The position numbers were made by a program, and so were the translations under genes. Shown here piece after piece: positions 44,617-53,597 of a stretch of DNA of 64,000 nucleotides. Every line of letters starts with the position of its first letter. Within the stretch, counting starts at the first letter, position 1. The notes under the pieces were generated by a model that worked only from the letters and a program-made list of their open reading frames with translations, made no database searches and had not been told where the DNA came from. This DNA comes from an uncultured Haloferula sp. (GTDB taxonomy: Bacteria > Verrucomicrobiota > Verrucomicrobiia > Verrucomicrobiales > Akkermansiaceae), in contig CBFGTS010000008.1 in NCBI GenBank assembly GCA_965652295.1, positions 1-64,000 of the forward strand, written 5' to 3'.

Positions 44617-45564
44617 ATGAAAACCCCCGTCTATCTGTTGGCCCTCGGCCTCCTGCCATGCTCCGCCCTCCAAGGGGCTCTGATCGTCCAGACCCAGCAG
44701 GATCCCAGCAACTCCCAGCTATGGAACAACTCCGTCGTCTGGGGCGGAAACGCCGTGACCGCTGGAAACACCTATCAAACCGCCCTGACAGGCACGAGTC
44801 CCAACCCGGGAGGGACGAGTTTCACGGTCAACGGGACGGTGTGGAACATCCGCAACAACATCCGCGACACCGCAGGGGGCGCGCCGGCCAGCACCACTTT
44901 CGCGGGCGATCAGCTCGTCCTTTCGGCAGATACCCGCTTGTTGATGAAAGGGCGGTTCGATGTGACGAGCACCGCCAATATTCTGATGGAGGACGACAGC
45001 CACATCATTCTCGCTCCAGATGGGAACGGGGTGGCGAATCTGGCGGGAAACCTCACGGTTGCCGATAGCGCGCTCACCGCGATCGGAGTTCAGCCGAACG
45101 GAGGAAACACGTTGAACGTCACCTCCACGATTGCGGGCGGGGCGGGCAGTACCCTGCAGCTTGTGCTGCACGGAGGATCCACCAATCAGCTGAACGTTGA
45201 AGGCGATTACAGCGGCTTTGCTGGGACCTTCTATCTGGCAACGAGCACGTCGCCCACCGGTGCGGGTAGCTCCTTCAGCTTCGGTCCCGGCACGGCACCA
45301 TTGGCGACCTTCCATCTCACCACGAACCCGAATTTCACCTTCGATCTGGATAGTGACATTGCTTTCGGATCGGTGATTTTGGGAGAAAGCACGGTGCTTG
45401 CACCCGGAACCTACGACTACGATGCCTTGAGCGGTCTCGGCTTTGGAAGCGCGTTCATCTCCAATGGTGGTTCGATCACTGTGGTCCCCGAGCCTTCCAT
45501 CGCGGCCCTCGGAGGAGCTGGCATGCTGTGTTTGCTCCGGTCCCGCCGCCGGGGAAGCAAATAA
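44617..45564 (+). CDS. PEP-CTERM sorting domain protein (beta-helix-like)
   Basis: Signal peptide; C-terminal VPEPSIAALGGAGMLCLLRSRRR. Confidence 0.93.
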   Translation: MKTPVYLLALGLLPCSALQGALIVQTQQDPSNSQLWNNSVVWGGNAVTAGNTYQTALTGTSPNPGGTSFTVNGTVWNIRNNIRDTAGGAPASTTFAGDQLVLSADTRLLMKGRFDVTSTANILMEDDSHIILAPDGNGVANLAGNLTVADSALTAIGVQPNGGNTLNVTSTIAGGAGSTLQLVLHGGSTNQLNVEGDYSGFAGTFYLATSTSPTGAGSSFSFGPGTAPLATFHLTTNPNFTFDLDSDIAFGSVILGESTVLAPGTYDYDALSGLGFGSAFISNGGSITVVPEPSIAALGGAGMLCLLRSRRRGSK

Positions 45565-45580
45565 TCGCGGACCCAAACCC

Positions 45581-45641
45581 GCAGCACCCCGGATCAGCCT
45601 GCCTTGGTGCGGGTTCCTGATCGGAGGGGTGCTGCTCTTTT
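45581..45641 (+). terminator. Long stem-loop with U tail after the second PEP-CTERM gene
   Basis: GCAGCACCCC-GGATCAG...CTGATCGG-A-GGGGTGCTGC-TCTTTT. Confidence 0.6.
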
Positions 45642-45663
45642 CTCCAATCTGAGGACAACGCCA

Positions 45664-48351
45664 ATGAACTCAACATCTGGGTCGCCATATCTTTCGCGCA
45701 AACAGCCGCGCCACTCTTTCTTTAGGGAAAGGGTGGGTCAAAGATGCTTCGCTCTGCTGTGGGGGGGCGCCCTTGCCGCGGCACTGCCGGCGGCGGATGT
45801 CAGCCTGACCGCGGAAGACCCTTTTGGAACTTCGTCCTTCAACTCCGCGGGGAACTGGAGCAACGGTCTGGCACCGGAGGCGGGCAACAGTTACTTCACG
45901 GCGAATCTGACGCTGAGGACACCTCCTACGGCAGGCAGCTTTACGTTTGCGGGGGATTCGGTATCGGTGGATGCCGGTGGACGGCTGCTTGGCAAGGGAG
46001 GCGGTTCCAGTACCACCCAGACCATCATTGTACCCGATCTCATTCTCAATGGAGGCACGCTCGATCAGGCGGGTAGCATGGCCACGACCGGTGCCGTGCT
46101 CATCGTCGGAGGAAACATCACGGTACAGGCACCGTCGTTCATCGGCGCGATCGGCGCGAATCTCAACAATTCGCCCAACTTCGAGGTGCTGGAAATCACC
46201 GCCAACCTTTCCGGCACGGAACCTCTGACGATCGCCGGCACCTCCAACTTGTCCCAGAATCGCGGAGTGGTGAGGCTGAGCGCTGCCAACAGCTTCAGCG
46301 GAACGATCGATGTCGTGGATCCGGGCTTCATTGCGAGTGCCACGCATCGTCTGCTCCAACTCAACCATCTGGATGCCCTGAGGTTCGCCGATCTCGGATT
46401 GTACGCCAGCCAGCCGAATCCCCTGTCCTTTGCGGTTTCCGCCAACACTGGAACATTCCGGGTGGGTGCGCTCGCAGGCTCAGCGGGCCAGGCTCTCAAC
46501 GATACCTCCAATCAACCCGTGACTCTTGAAGTGGGCGGGACGGGTCTGAGCAGTATCTATTCCGGCTCCCTGAGGGGGAGCGGAAACCTGATCAAGGCAG
46601 GAACTGGCGACCTGACTCTCCAAGGAGCCAACACCTTCAGCGGCGATCTCACGGTGGAAGGGGGGAGCCTCACGTTGGATTTCGACGCTGGTCTGAACCC
46701 GGGGACGACCGTCTCCGTGGCCGAGGGCGCGACGCTCGAACTTTCCAACGACGACGCCATCGTGGTGGAGGGCCTGGTCCTCGGAGGCGTGATTCAACCC
46801 GCCGGGACCTACGACTCCGGCACTCCCGGCGGTTACCTGACCGGGCCGGGTGAGATCGTAGTGAGCACCGGCGACCCAGTTCCGCAGAACATTTCGATGA
46901 CCGCGGACGACACCTTCGGAGTTTCCTCCTTCAGCTCCGCGGGTCAGTGGAGCAATGGCCAGGCACCCTCGGGGCTGAACGACTACTTCACCGACGGGTT
47001 TCTGCTTCGCACGCCGAATTCAGCAGGAGATTTCGTCTTCGCGGGAGCATCCCTTTCCGTGGATGCAGGAAGCAGGCTGTTGGGAAAAGGTGCCGGTGTC
47101 GCCGACTCGCTGCAGACGATCACCGTGGATGATTTGATTCTGAACGGCGGTAGCCTCGAACAGGCGGGGACTCCGAACCCCGGTGTCGTCCTCACCGTGC
47201 AAGGTGCGATCACGGTGCAGGAGAGTTCCGTGTTGGGCGCTCTGGGAGGGCCTGAGGAAAACACCCTCAACTTCGAGACTCTCGACATAGCGGCTACCCT
47301 TTCCGGCTCCGCGGCTTTGCAGGTGGCGGGATCTGCCAACGCTTCGGCGAACCGCGGGGTGGTGAGGTTGAGCTCCGCCAACGACTATTCGGGCACCATC
47401 TCGGTTCTTCAGCCCACGGGCATCACCAGTGCCACCCACCGTCTCCTCCAACTCAACCATCTCGATGCGCTTCAGGCGGCGACGCTCTTCCTGTCGACCA
47501 CCTCACCGAACGGCCTTTCCTTCGCAGCCGGGGCCAACACCGGGGCTTTCCGGGTCGGGAGTTTGTCGGGAACAGCGAGCCAAACGCTGGCCGACACGGC
47601 AGGAGCTGCGGTCACTCTGGATGTGGGCGGGAACAACGAGGAGCTCGGCTTCTTTGACGGAGTCCTCGAGGGCCCCGGAACCTTGCGGAAATCGGGCACA
47701 GGCACCTGGGTGTATTCGGATGAGCGGCTCGGGGTGGCCACCGTTGAAGTGCTTGAAGGCACGCTTGAACTCGAACAGCCCGCCTTGGCCGATGATTTGT
47801 CCATCTCGATCGCCTCAGGCGCCTCCTTGCACTTGGTTCATGACGCGACCGATGACGTTCGGACCCTGATCTTGAATGGCGTCGAGCAACCGGAGGGAAC
47901 CTACAACGCTGCCAACAGCGGTGGGCTGATCACCAGCACCGGCAGTGGTGCGATCCGTGTCGTGGCGGCAACCGGGTTCGACCTCTTCATGGACGATTTC
48001 CCCGGGTTGAGTGATGTCGATAAACATCCGGATGCCGATCCGGACGGCGACGGCATCGTCAATCTGCTGGAGTATGCCTTGCAAGGCTTGGATCCAACCC
48101 TCCCTGACAGCCTCCCGGGCTTGTCGGGAGATACCCTGGTCTTCACCAAACGTCCGGCGGCCGTAGCCGGCAACGACCTCAGCTATTCGATCGAGGAGTC
48201 CACCACCTTGGGCGTGGAGCCGGACCCGTGGGCTCCGGTGAGCCCTGACATCAACGACGGTACGTCCATCTCCTTCACTCTTCCATCTGGAGCCGCGCAA
48301 TATTTCGTAAGACTGCGGGTCTCTGCGGTGGCTGCTGGACTCACTCCCTGA
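45664..48351 (+). CDS. Secreted autotransporter-passenger-like beta-strand repeat protein with an internal ~360-aa duplication and CTD
   Basis: GNLIKAGTGDLTLQGANTFSGDLTVEGGSL repeat; two homologous halves; DPDGDG.VNLLEYAL..DP tail. No beta-barrel is visible. Confidence 0.85.
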   Translation: MNSTSGSPYLSRKQPRHSFFRERVGQRCFALLWGGALAAALPAADVSLTAEDPFGTSSFNSAGNWSNGLAPEAGNSYFTANLTLRTPPTAGSFTFAGDSVSVDAGGRLLGKGGGSSTTQTIIVPDLILNGGTLDQAGSMATTGAVLIVGGNITVQAPSFIGAIGANLNNSPNFEVLEITANLSGTEPLTIAGTSNLSQNRGVVRLSAANSFSGTIDVVDPGFIASATHRLLQLNHLDALRFADLGLYASQPNPLSFAVSANTGTFRVGALAGSAGQALNDTSNQPVTLEVGGTGLSSIYSGSLRGSGNLIKAGTGDLTLQGANTFSGDLTVEGGSLTLDFDAGLNPGTTVSVAEGATLELSNDDAIVVEGLVLGGVIQPAGTYDSGTPGGYLTGPGEIVVSTGDPVPQNISMTADDTFGVSSFSSAGQWSNGQAPSGLNDYFTDGFLLRTPNSAGDFVFAGASLSVDAGSRLLGKGAGVADSLQTITVDDLILNGGSLEQAGTPNPGVVLTVQGAITVQESSVLGALGGPEENTLNFETLDIAATLSGSAALQVAGSANASANRGVVRLSSANDYSGTISVLQPTGITSATHRLLQLNHLDALQAATLFLSTTSPNGLSFAAGANTGAFRVGSLSGTASQTLADTAGAAVTLDVGGNNEELGFFDGVLEGPGTLRKSGTGTWVYSDERLGVATVEVLEGTLELEQPALADDLSISIASGASLHLVHDATDDVRTLILNGVEQPEGTYNAANSGGLITSTGSGAIRVVAATGFDLFMDDFPGLSDVDKHPDADPDGDGIVNLLEYALQGLDPTLPDSLPGLSGDTLVFTKRPAAVAGNDLSYSIEESTTLGVEPDPWAPVSPDINDGTSISFTLPSGAAQYFVRLRVSAVAAGLTP

Positions 48352-48404
48352 CTTTTGTTGCGTCGCGGGCATCTTCGCCCGGCCGAAGCGGCGCAGCATT
48401 TGAA

Positions 48405-48446
48405 GCCCCGGTTCTCTTTTTTTGGGTTTTGAAAGGGAACCGGGGC
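48405..48446 (+). other. Intergenic 16-bp hairpin with loop TTTGGGTTTT
   Basis: GCCCCGGTTCTCTTTT / GAAAGGGAACCGGGGC, with two G-U pairs. Confidence 0.78.
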
Positions 48447-48630
48447 ATTCCTGAGGGCGGAGCGGTGAGTCAGGCAACCGGAAGAGGCGCAGGGCATCCT
48501 CCTCCTTGTCCGAACGGTGGCAGGCATGGTATCTCCAAGTCACGAGAGCTCACCCCACGACATCAGGCATACGGGGATTTCCACGCCGGCCATCGGTGGT
48601 CGGGGAGAAAACTTTCCATCTTCAAAGAGC

Positions 48631-50892
48631 GTGAATGGCACCACCCCAGAGCATGATCCTGAGAGGGAGAAGTCGGAGATGGAGGAGGCCATTTTCAACA
48701 CCGCCGTCCAGCTCCAGGACCCGGAGCAGAGGCGGTGTTTCCTGGAGCGTTCGTTTCACGGAGATCCGGAAGGCTTCACCCGGATGATGGAGTTACTCGA
48801 GCTTTCCGGCGAGTCGGCCGCGTTCTTCATCCAGTCCCGGAAGCACCGGGCGGTGCTTGCAAGCGAGGCCCTCAGCCTGATGGAGGCTGATGAAACACGG
48901 AGCGACCTACCGAGTGGCAGCTCGGAGGATTCATTCGATGAGAGGATCGGCTGCTATCGCATCATCCGGCGAATTGGTGCCGGCGGTGGCGGCGTGGTGT
49001 ACGAGGCGGAACAGCAGGATCCGGTGCAACGCCGGGTCGCGCTGAAGGTGATCCGACTGGGGATGGATACCGAGCGCGTGATCGCCCGCTTCGATACGGA
49101 ACGGCAGTCGCTTGCCTTGATGGATCACCCGAACATTGCCCGGGTGCTTGAGGCGGGGGCGACCAAGGGCGGGCGTCCCTATTTTGTCATGGAACTGGTG
49201 AAGGGCATGCGCATCACCGACTACTGTGACGCGGAACGCATGAGCGTTGCCAGCAGGCTCGCGCTTTTCATCCAGGTTTGTCACGCCATCCAGCATGCTC
49301 ACCAGAAAGGCATCATCCACCGGGACATCAAACCCTCGAACATCGTGGTCGCGGTGCATGACGGCGTCGCGGTGCCGAAGGTGATCGACTTCGGAATTGC
49401 GAAGGCGACGGAGCCGATCCTGGAGCAGGCTGTTTCGACGGTGGTGGACCAACCGCTGGGGACGCCGGCTTTCATGAGTCCTGAACAAGTGGACATGGGA
49501 GGCATCGACATCGACACCCGTTGTGACGTCTATGGACTGGGAGCACTTCTCTACGAGCTTCTTGCGGGACGTCCCCCATTTGACGGCGATATGTTGATGC
49601 AATCCGGGATGTCGGAAATGCGTCGTATCCTGCTGGAAAAGGATCCGGTGACTCCCTCGGCGCTGTTGGATTCGCTTGGACCGGAAGCATCCGAGATTGC
49701 CGGTCGGCGTCGTTGTGAGAAAAGCCGGCTGATGTCTTTGCTTCGGGGCGATCTGGACTGGATCGTGATGAAGGCGATGGAGAAGGATCGCAACCGTCGT
49801 TACCAGACCGCGAATGCTCTGGCGGCGGACGTCAAACGTTATCTTGATAATGAGCCGGTCGTTGCGAGGAAACCGGGAAGATTCTATCTGATCGGGAAAT
49901 TCGTCCGGCGCAATCGGGCCGCATGTTTCTCTGGCGCGGCGGTCGCGGTTTCGTTGGTCGTCGGGATGGGCGCGGCGACCGTGCTCTATCTCCGGGAAAG
50001 AGATGCCCTCGCGGAACAGGCACGACTTCGTGGAGTGGCGGAGACGGCGCGTGCCGAAGAGTCGCGTCTGCGCCAGCAAGCCCAGGCAAGGGCCAATGTG
50101 TCCCGGGTGGCGGTGCTGCTGAGTGAAGGACAGATCAGGGAAGCGGACGCCCTTTTGCAACAGAACCCGCTGTCTTCCATCGACCCTTCGCCGGAAGCGG
50201 CGGAGGTGTTCCGATCCCTGGGTGCTTGGAATGCCATTTACGGCCGCTGGGAGCAGGCCGTCCAGTGCTTCACTCTTCTCAGCCAAGCCAACCGGTTGGA
50301 TCGGCGGGGCGACATTGTCGAAGGGCTGGATTTGCTTCATTCGGCACCCACGCTGCTCGAGCACGGCGACGTCGCCGGGTATGAACGCTTTCGAAGAGAT
50401 GTGATGGATCGTTATCTTCCGGCGAAGAACTCTCTGGAGGCCGAGCATTTGCTGAAGGCGTGTCTGCTGCTTCCGGTGGATGCGGGAATCCTGGATCGTC
50501 TTGAGTCGACGGTCGAGATATGTCTTGCCGATATACCAAGTGCGAAGGGCTATCCGCTCCATCCGCAATGGCAGGCGTTTTCGACCACTCTGTATCATTT
50601 TCGACGCGGAGATACCCGGCAGGTTCAGGAGTGGGCGGAACGATGTGCTGAGTTTGAGGATGAATCCGGGACGAGGACAGCGTCCGTCCTCTGTCTCACC
50701 GCGATGAATCACCACCGCCTGGGGGACCATCGGCAGGCGTCGGAGGATTTCGCCGCGGCCCGGGACATGATTCCGATGTCGGCCAACCGGAAGAACCGGA
50801 CGGATCGTGAAATGCGGGGGACCTGGTTTTCCTGGGCGATCGCGCGGATTCTCCTCCGGGAAGCCGCACTCGTTATCGAAGCGAAACCGTAG
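48631..50892 (+). CDS. Second membrane-anchored Ser/Thr protein kinase (paralog of 29161); start uncertain (48631 or 48679)
   Basis: GAGGGGVVY, VALK, HRDIKPSN, DFG and GTPAFMSPEQ; TM; C-terminal W..ILL(K/R)EA shared with the first kinase. Confidence 0.93.
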   Translation: MNGTTPEHDPEREKSEMEEAIFNTAVQLQDPEQRRCFLERSFHGDPEGFTRMMELLELSGESAAFFIQSRKHRAVLASEALSLMEADETRSDLPSGSSEDSFDERIGCYRIIRRIGAGGGGVVYEAEQQDPVQRRVALKVIRLGMDTERVIARFDTERQSLALMDHPNIARVLEAGATKGGRPYFVMELVKGMRITDYCDAERMSVASRLALFIQVCHAIQHAHQKGIIHRDIKPSNIVVAVHDGVAVPKVIDFGIAKATEPILEQAVSTVVDQPLGTPAFMSPEQVDMGGIDIDTRCDVYGLGALLYELLAGRPPFDGDMLMQSGMSEMRRILLEKDPVTPSALLDSLGPEASEIAGRRRCEKSRLMSLLRGDLDWIVMKAMEKDRNRRYQTANALAADVKRYLDNEPVVARKPGRFYLIGKFVRRNRAACFSGAAVAVSLVVGMGAATVLYLRERDALAEQARLRGVAETARAEESRLRQQAQARANVSRVAVLLSEGQIREADALLQQNPLSSIDPSPEAAEVFRSLGAWNAIYGRWEQAVQCFTLLSQANRLDRRGDIVEGLDLLHSAPTLLEHGDVAGYERFRRDVMDRYLPAKNSLEAEHLLKACLLLPVDAGILDRLESTVEICLADIPSAKGYPLHPQWQAFSTTLYHFRRGDTRQVQEWAERCAEFEDESGTRTASVLCLTAMNHHRLGDHRQASEDFAAARDMIPMSANRKNRTDREMRGTWFSWAIARILLREAALVIEAKP

Positions 50893-50944
50893 GAACGAAG
50901 CAGTGGAGACCGAGCACCCATCGATCCAGTGAACTGATCCAACC

Positions 50945-52531
50945 ATGAAATTGCTTTCACGTAGGGAAACCCACCTTCCCAAGATGATCCTGCTCTTCTG
51001 CCTCGTGGCGAGCGGGTTGCGAGCAGGGGAATCTCCTCTCGACCTTCGCTTTATCAAGCAGGCGAGCCAGCGCATGATTTTCAACGACGATCAGGCGCTG
51101 CCGCTTGGCGCGCTGGAGCCGGCTAAAATCGTGGGGTTGGAGCTGATGCACCCGGTCCGTCGGACGTCGGGCAGTGCGGAAGTGAGCGTCGCGCGGGGGC
51201 GGCTCATCGTTCAAGCACAGGAGGAATCCGACACCTCGGTCTGGTTTTCAGGATTCAATCCCTTCGCGACGTACAAAATCCGGATCGCGGGAGCAGGCGA
51301 TGGCAGCAGTGTGGGAGTGGAGTTCATGCATCCGGGCGGGGAGTTGTTGCGGGTGGAGGCGCTCTGCGGGAACCAAACGGTCCGCGGAGTGCGGTGGAGC
51401 TTGAGACGCCAGGATGAGGTGTTGATACAGAGAGAATCCGAGGGATTCCGGCCTCGGAAGCTGGATAGCCCGGCGACTCTGATCGTCCAGATGGCGGCGG
51501 TGGGCTTCAATGTGTGTCTTGAGCAGCATGACATGGTGGAGCTGGTCGGTCGCGCGGATGTCGTTCAGCACCTCGACCTGAGGCGCCATGAGGTGCATCG
51601 GGGGACTTCGACGTGGCTGCGGGTCGCTGGCGGAGAGGGTTCCCGAGCTGCGATCGAGGGAGCGGTGGGGGAGCTGAGTCCCGGCTTGGGACAAGCGGAT
51701 ATCCGTGCCATCACCGACGAGGAAGGGACGCCGCTGATGGATGGCGGACGCCTGTGGTTCACGGCCACGACTCGGGGTGGAGGTCTGCCCCATCCCGCCC
51801 AGGGAGTCTTCAGCTTGAATCCTGGAATCTGGGATCTCCGTTTCGAGGGAATGATCGCCTTCGACCGAGGCGATGGTCTGCTCCGCAACGAGCTTGCCTC
51901 ACATCTGTTTCTGCATCGCCCCAGCGGGGAATGGCGGGGTTGGACGACCGCCTTTTCCGCATTCGGGGATCCCGGGAAGAAGGAGCGGAAGGAGATCCTG
52001 GCCGTAAGCTCGACCAAGGATCCCCGGCGGGGGTTTTCAGTCATGAGATCCGCGCCCGCGGGATTGGTCGGCGATTTCGAGGATCCGCATGGCGTGTATG
52101 ATGCCGAAACAAAAACCTGGAGGCTTCTGCTGTGCCAGAACGTGGGCGGCTATAAGGCGGCGGTCTTTGAATCTCACCGCTGGGACGGCGGGTTCAGCCG
52201 GATTGCCGGACCGGTTGCGGCCGACAGCACTGGCACCACGATCCAGAAGGTCGGCGGCGTGCGCTACGCCTTCTTTGGTGGTTCGGATCGTCAATTTCAC
52301 GTTTGCAGCTTTCCGGAGCTCAAGCCGTTCGGGGCGTTGGAGCTCGATTTGCCGCCGTGGTCGGAGGACGGCAACGGCAGGGTGTGGCCCTGTCTCGTTC
52401 CGCTGCCGGAGGGAAGCCCGGCGCCCTACCTGCTACTGACGTTCGACCGCAGTAATTTCCCCGGCATGACCGGCCCCAACTGGACCTACGGAGCGCTCCA
52501 TGCCTACTACGGATTTCCCAAGAGCCGGTGA
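50945..52531 (+). CDS. Secreted hypothetical protein with a possible glycosidase-like beta-propeller C-terminal half
   Basis: Signal peptide (GLRA); Trp/Asp/Glu-rich beta segments (GDFEDP, DSTG, RVWP). Confidence 0.7.
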   Translation: MKLLSRRETHLPKMILLFCLVASGLRAGESPLDLRFIKQASQRMIFNDDQALPLGALEPAKIVGLELMHPVRRTSGSAEVSVARGRLIVQAQEESDTSVWFSGFNPFATYKIRIAGAGDGSSVGVEFMHPGGELLRVEALCGNQTVRGVRWSLRRQDEVLIQRESEGFRPRKLDSPATLIVQMAAVGFNVCLEQHDMVELVGRADVVQHLDLRRHEVHRGTSTWLRVAGGEGSRAAIEGAVGELSPGLGQADIRAITDEEGTPLMDGGRLWFTATTRGGGLPHPAQGVFSLNPGIWDLRFEGMIAFDRGDGLLRNELASHLFLHRPSGEWRGWTTAFSAFGDPGKKERKEILAVSSTKDPRRGFSVMRSAPAGLVGDFEDPHGVYDAETKTWRLLLCQNVGGYKAAVFESHRWDGGFSRIAGPVAADSTGTTIQKVGGVRYAFFGGSDRQFHVCSFPELKPFGALELDLPPWSEDGNGRVWPCLVPLPEGSPAPYLLLTFDRSNFPGMTGPNWTYGALHAYYGFPKSR

Positions 52532-52892
52532 TCTGGGGTCCGACTCGAGTGATTGGATCAAAGGATATGAGGCTCGCTTGAAACGAGGTCCGCGCCTGCA
52601 CGGAGGATTCCGCGGATCCGGTCTGCGGGGGCGAAATACACGAGAGCTTCCTTGAGGATCATTCCTTCGCGGCCTCCACGCATTTGAGCCGGATGTGCGG
52701 CTGTAGAGCCCAAGCCAGATACGGCTTTGTTGCGGGGGAAAGGTGTCGAACCACGACGACGGGAGCGCGAAGGGATTGGGGGAGGTCCGACAGCAGGGAG
52801 CGCAAGGCATCTTCGCCGCCCCGGAGATGAAAGCAGGACTATGCCATGCCGAGCCCGTGGATTTTCCATCAGATCAGGCAGGGGTTCGGAGG

Positions 52893-53360
52893 TTAGAGTT
52901 CGGTTTGGAGGAACCAGCGGAGGGCGGGGACGACTTCGATGTTCGCGGGGGGGTGCTGGTGCCGGCCGGGAGGGCTTCGAGATGCAGCAGGAGGAGTTGC
53001 GCGTCCGGGTGAACGGCTTGCGCTTCGAGAAGGGAACGGGTTTCGCGTCCGAGGGTTTTGGGATCAGTGGCGTCGGCGCAGACTTGGACGAGCAGGGTCT
53101 GGCCGGTGGCGTCGATGGCGTGGAAATCGACTTCATTGCCCTGCGGGGTGCGGAGGTAGTGGAGCTCGCAGCCGCGGCGCTGGAGTTCGATGAGAACGGC
53201 GGCCTCCAAGGCGTGCTCAAGGTTGGCGCGACCAGACCGGGATGAGACCGGGATCGATGGGGTAGGCTTTGCGGGGATTGACCATGCGCTGGCGCTCCGA
53301 GGCGGAGAGCATGGAGGTGGTGCGGATGAGGAAGGCATCCTCGAAGTGGGCGACATTCGG
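52893..53360 (-). pseudogene. Frameshifted, 5'-truncated AAA_14/DUF4143 ATP-binding protein
   Basis: Three consecutive frames: AHFEDAFLIR..NPRKAYPIDPGLIPV, then GRANLEHALEAAVLIEL..GNEVDF..LVQVC, then NIEVVPALRWFL-stop. Confidence 0.8.
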
Positions 53361-53415
53361 GATGCGAGTTGCTGAGCGAAGTCAGCTTCATTCTCGCAAC
53401 TCGTTGGGACAAAGG

Positions 53416-53488
53416 TGGCTCGGGACGGGATCGAACCGCCGACACGCGGATTTTCAATCCGCTGCTCTACCAACTGAGCTACCGAGCC
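53416..53488 (-). tRNA. tRNA-Phe(GAA); CCA not fully encoded
   Basis: GGCTCGGTAGCTCAGTTGGTAGAGCAGCGGATTGAAAATCCGCGTGTCGGCGGTTCGATCCCGTCCCGAGCCA folds as a cloverleaf with anticodon GAA, followed by CCT. Confidence 0.97.
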
Positions 53489-53597
53489 TTGGTGCCCCCT
53501 GAAGGTGGGCGCGGATTTAGGGCCGCGACCTGGGGTTTGACAACCGAAAAAATCATTCTTCTTCGGGTTTCGTGTGCTCTAACAGAACCACCGTGGG

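Noticed and set aside
52874..53473. 199-aa ORF starting MVEQRIENPRVGGSIP
   Set aside because: Its first residues are the tRNA-Phe read as codons; only the middle part is the DUF4143 pseudogene frame.
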